From Fibrobacteria bacterium (lineage in GTDB: Bacteria > Fibrobacterota > Chitinivibrionia > Chitinivibrionales > FEN-1185), in the NCBI GenBank assembly GCA_037447435.1, contig JBBIGR010000053.1, positions 1 to 30,025 of the forward strand: DNA of 30,025 nt, read 5' to 3'. The position numbers and the translations under genes were made by a program. The notes beneath the pieces were generated by a model. The model was not told the DNA's origin, searched no databases, and saw only the letters and a program-made list of their open reading frames with translations. Positions 26,825-30,025 of this stretch are shown piece by piece (within the stretch, counting starts at the first letter, position 1; every line of letters begins with the position of its first letter).

Positions 26825-27037
26825 ATGGACCGGCTTATCGTCACTTTTTCTTCGACCCGTGACGCCATCATGGCCGAGCGCACATGCCTGCAAAACGGGC
26901 TTGCATGCCAAGCAATTCCCCTTCCTCGCGAAATCAGCGCAGAATGCGGAATAGCGCTTCAAATAAATCCTTTGGACAAAGATGCGGTTGCGTCCCTGTT
27001 AACCCGATCCAAGATCGTGTTTGTAATTAATTTATAA
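26825..27037 (+). CDS. DUF3343 family protein
   Basis: TFSSTRDAIMAE...IPLPREISAECGIAL; directly follows yedF. Confidence 0.8.
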   Translation: MDRLIVTFSSTRDAIMAERTCLQNGLACQAIPLPREISAECGIALQINPLDKDAVASLLTRSKIVFVINL

Positions 27038-27224
27038 ATGATTGCAATATCAGCCTATTGCCGGCCGAATTCTTAGCCCTTATTTTAATAATTGCTCGGC
27101 TTGTTGAATCATGCTATTTTATCCCTAGCAATAGGATAGAACTGGTAAAAAAAGTGTTATAGGCATTTCGATATATACGTCCAAACAATAGTTAACAACA
27201 TTAACAGTAATGAAAGGGTGTATT

Positions 27225-27800
27225 GTGAAAAGTATTAAAGGAAGCAAAACCGAAAAAAACCTTTGCGCATCATTTGCGGGCGAATCTCAGGCGAGAAACC
27301 GTTATTCGTATTTCGCAAGCGTTGCAAAAAAGGAAGGATATGTCCAGATTTCCAAGATTTTCGAAGAAACCGCTGATAATGAAAAAGAGCATGCAAAACG
27401 GATGTTTAAATTTCTCGAAGGCGGAATGGTAGAGATAACCGCTTCATATCCGGCGGGAAAAATCGGTACAACGATGGAAAACCTTGCAGCATCCGCTGCA
27501 GGCGAACATGAGGAATGGACGTTATTGTATCCCTCGTTTGCGAAAACAGCCCGGGAAGAAGGATATCCCGAAGTCGGTGCAATGTATGACGCAATTTCAA
27601 ATGCGGAAGCTCAGCATGAAAAACGCTACAACGGATTGCTTGCCAATCTGACCGGCGGCAAAGTCTTTAAAAAGGAAACAAAAGTCAAATGGCGTTGCGA
27701 TAATTGCGGTTATATTCATGAAGGCACCGATGCTCCAAAGGTTTGTGCGGCATGCGGTCATCAACAAGCGCATTTTGAAGTACTTGCCGAAAATTGGTAA
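27225..27800 (+). CDS. rbr: Rubrerythrin
   Basis: KTEKNL..SFAGESQARNRY, NEKEHAKR, GEHEE, AEAQHE, WRCDNCGYIH...CAACGH; probable GTG start. Confidence 0.95.
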   Translation: MKSIKGSKTEKNLCASFAGESQARNRYSYFASVAKKEGYVQISKIFEETADNEKEHAKRMFKFLEGGMVEITASYPAGKIGTTMENLAASAAGEHEEWTLLYPSFAKTAREEGYPEVGAMYDAISNAEAQHEKRYNGLLANLTGGKVFKKETKVKWRCDNCGYIHEGTDAPKVCAACGHQQAHFEVLAENW

Positions 27801-27813
27801 GAAACGGTTGCGC

Positions 27814-27850
27814 TTCACCCTGCGGCTCCATGTTTCGGTTGCAGGGTGAA
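27814..27850. terminator. Intergenic stem-loop between rbr and rubredoxin (no U tract; stabiliser or weak terminator)
   Basis: TTCACCCTGC (27814-27823) pairs with GCAGGGTGAA (27841-27850). Confidence 0.5.
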
Positions 27851-27911
27851 CTCATTCTAATACATTTTAACATCAATACGGCTTTTGCCCTAAAATCATG
27901 AGGAGGTTGTA

Positions 27912-28070
27912 ATGCAACGGTATGTTTGTAATGCTTGCGGATGGATTTATGATCCTGCAATTGGCGATCCGGACGGCGGCATAGCTCCCGGTACGCCCTT
28001 CGACAAAATTCCCGACGATTGGGTATGTCCGCAATGCGGCGTTGGCAAAGATGACTTTTCCGCAGAATAG
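27912..28070 (+). CDS. Rubredoxin (52 aa; not in the supplied ORF track)
   Basis: [61 protein letters not shown]. Confidence 0.96.
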   Translation: MQRYVCNACGWIYDPAIGDPDGGIAPGTPFDKIPDDWVCPQCGVGKDDFSAE

Positions 28071-28233
28071 AAGTAATTGATTCATGCATGACAAGGCACA
28101 CCGTAGGTTGCAAATAAAGAAAAAACACCCTTGTCCCGATTGTACAATGTGTCAATGGTGTTCCGACGATCGATGTGCCGCATGCAGAAATTGCGGCTCA
28201 AAGCTATTAAAAAAGAAAAAATGAAGGAATACT

Positions 28234-29571
28234 ATGCCCCCTATTTGCGGTGCAATAGTCATTTTGGGTGCATCAGGTCATTTGGCAGGGACAAAACTTG
28301 TCCCTGCCCTTTTTCATTTATTTAAAAAGGGCGAGTTGGCCGAATGCAGCTGTATTATCGGTGAAGGCAGATCGGACCTGACGACCGAAGACTTCAGGAA
28401 ACGATTTGCCGTTTCGGAAGAATTTGCCCAACTGCTTGAATATCATAAAGGCATTGCCGGATTAAAAAAAATCATTGCGGAGAAAAAAAACGTTTCTCGA
28501 ATCATTTTTTTCTTTGCGTTGCCGCCGTCGGCGTACAGCGATACTGCCAGGGAATTGTTTAAAGAGGGGTTTGGGGCCGAATCGTCCATTATAATCGAAA
28601 AACCATTCGGTTCAGATTTCGAGTCTGCAAAAGTCCTCGATGAAAATCTTAAACAATGTTTTTCCGAGAATCAAATTTTCAGGAACGATCATTATCTTGC
28701 CAAAGATGCGGTTCAAAATATTCTCGTGTTCCGATTTGCCAACACATTATTCGAGCCGATTTGGAACAGCAGATACGTCGAATCGATTCAGATCAATGCT
28801 TTCGAAACCGCATCGGTTGCCGACAGAGCACAATATTTTGATACTGCCGGCATTGTTCGCGACATGATGCAAAACCATCTGATGCAGCTGCTCTGTCTGA
28901 TCACGATGGAAAAACCGCAGTCTCTTGATTCTGAAGAAATACGCAGGGGAAAATTGGATGTCTTACGGTCGATTTCCGTTGTACAATGCATCAGATATCA
29001 ATATGAGGGCTATTTGCAGGAAAAAGGCGTCGCACCGCAATCGAACACCGAAACGTTTGCAGAATTAAAATTTATGATTAATAACGAACGATGGAAAGGT
29101 ACCCCGGTATATGTTCGAACGGGAAAAGCAATGCCGAGAAACGGTACCGAGATCGGCGTTCGTTTCAAGCCTCCGATCCATGAGTTGTTTTCAAAAGAGA
29201 ATTCATCGAAGCAAAATTCCGTTGTTTTTTCCATACAACCGTCCGCGGGTATTTTCATGTCCATGTTGTCGAAAACGCCCGGAATGGGTATAGATATCGC
29301 CCACACGAACATGTCGTTTTGCTATAATACCGCATTCGATGTCGCAATGGCCGATGCGTATCAGAAATTGCTCTTGGATGCATTCAAGGGCGACCATACC
29401 CTGTTCGTGAGCGCGCAGGAAACCGAAAAATCCTGGCAAATCCTTGAGCCGATTCTGGACAAAGGTACCTGTTTGCCCTATACAAAAGGATGCGTTCCCC
29501 CGACCTCACTCGGTGTGCAATGGATCGATTTTGACGCATATGAATCCATTTGCGGGCCTGTTCGTTCATAG
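28234..29571 (+). CDS. zwf: Glucose-6-phosphate 1-dehydrogenase
   Basis: GASGHLA..KLVPAL, FFFALPP, IIEKPFG.D..SA, FRNDHYLAK, RFAN..FEP.WN, RDMMQNHL, RW.GTP.Y.RTGK. Confidence 0.93.
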   Translation: MPPICGAIVILGASGHLAGTKLVPALFHLFKKGELAECSCIIGEGRSDLTTEDFRKRFAVSEEFAQLLEYHKGIAGLKKIIAEKKNVSRIIFFFALPPSAYSDTARELFKEGFGAESSIIIEKPFGSDFESAKVLDENLKQCFSENQIFRNDHYLAKDAVQNILVFRFANTLFEPIWNSRYVESIQINAFETASVADRAQYFDTAGIVRDMMQNHLMQLLCLITMEKPQSLDSEEIRRGKLDVLRSISVVQCIRYQYEGYLQEKGVAPQSNTETFAELKFMINNERWKGTPVYVRTGKAMPRNGTEIGVRFKPPIHELFSKENSSKQNSVVFSIQPSAGIFMSMLSKTPGMGIDIAHTNMSFCYNTAFDVAMADAYQKLLLDAFKGDHTLFVSAQETEKSWQILEPILDKGTCLPYTKGCVPPTSLGVQWIDFDAYESICGPVRS

Positions 29572-29583
29572 CAAGGGACGCTT

Positions 29584-29970
29584 TTGCAATACCCCAAAAA
29601 TGCCAATCTCATTTTGCAGCATCTCGACGTGTACGGTGTGCGCGATAAGGATGCCATAGCAAATAAAATCGCTTCCCGAAAGAAAAGTGCAAACGTCGCA
29701 ACGCGTCGCGGTGTCGCACGAAAGACCCTCGATTTGCACGGTGCGAGAATTTCCGAAGCAATCCCCTTATTGCGCGATACCATTGAAGATTGTAAAAGTA
29801 AGGGCATAAAAGAGCTTTTGGTGATCCATGGGTATGGACGTCATTCGAAACCCGGAGAAATAGGCGTTCTCAAATCGTCGGTATTGGATTTTTTGGAAGA
29901 AAGACTCGGAACTTCCGTTAAAACGTATGTACCGGCCCGCCCCAAAGACGGGGGTGAAGGGGCCACGCTA
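29584..29970 (+). CDS. Smr/MutS2-domain protein (not in the ORF track); extreme C-terminus apparently disrupted, no stop before the window end
   Basis: TTG start after AAGGGA; HLDVYGVRDKD...TLDLHG...VIHGYGRHS...GVLK...KDGGEGATL. Confidence 0.85.
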
Positions 29971-30025
29971 AGGTCTAGTCCGGAAATATGTTTACAGTTT
30001 CCGGAGGCAAAATGGGAGAACGTAA
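29971..30025 (+). mobile_element. Probable left end of an insertion sequence (IS5-like) with the start of a new ORF
   Basis: Smr homology stops abruptly at ...CTA|AGGTCTAGTCCGGAAATATGTTTACA; internal IR TCCGGAAA/TTTCCGGA; GGAGG RBS (30003-30007) and ATG at 30012. Confidence 0.45.

Noticed and set aside
1..30025. CRISPR array, rRNA or complete transposase
   Set aside because: No regularly spaced repeats, rRNA-like sequence or transposase ORF seen

Overview
Bacterial chromosomal segment, probably from an anaerobic Fibrobacterota (Chitinivibrionia/Chitinispirillia-like). That placement is inferred from three TIGR02147/DUF4423-type paralogs and secreted proteins carrying FlgD/T9SS-type tail domains. 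1-3.3 kb is an AT-rich accessory patch downstream of a tRNA-Arg(UCG). It holds a double-LamG secreted protein, an ORF6N gene, a ~110-nt hairpin, a hairpin made of two inverted dif-like XerC/XerD sites, and att-arm-like repeats. 3.4-13.5 kb is a signalling-rich block: two coupled 'TIGR02147 regulator + lipoprotein with a shared SPT(K)VAGG motif and a swappable C-terminal domain' pairs, a secreted CBM-like protein, a lycopene-cyclase-domain membrane protein ahead of a 7TM-PAS hybrid kinase, and a truncated third TIGR02147 copy. 13.8-30 kb is mostly core, redox and selenium genes: geranylgeranyl-reductase family, HOA-like aldolase, core-MetE/MesB-like methionine synthase, selD, ferritin-DOMON-ferritin-like, thioredoxin lipoprotein, lysS-lolC/E-lolD-mcsA-mcsB, yedF-DUF3343, rubrerythrin, rubredoxin, zwf and an Smr gene apparently interrupted by an IS end at the window edge. 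The best candidates for undescribed systems are the TIGR02147-lipoprotein pairs and the dif-like ssDNA hairpin. All family calls come from motif recognition by eye; no searches were run.
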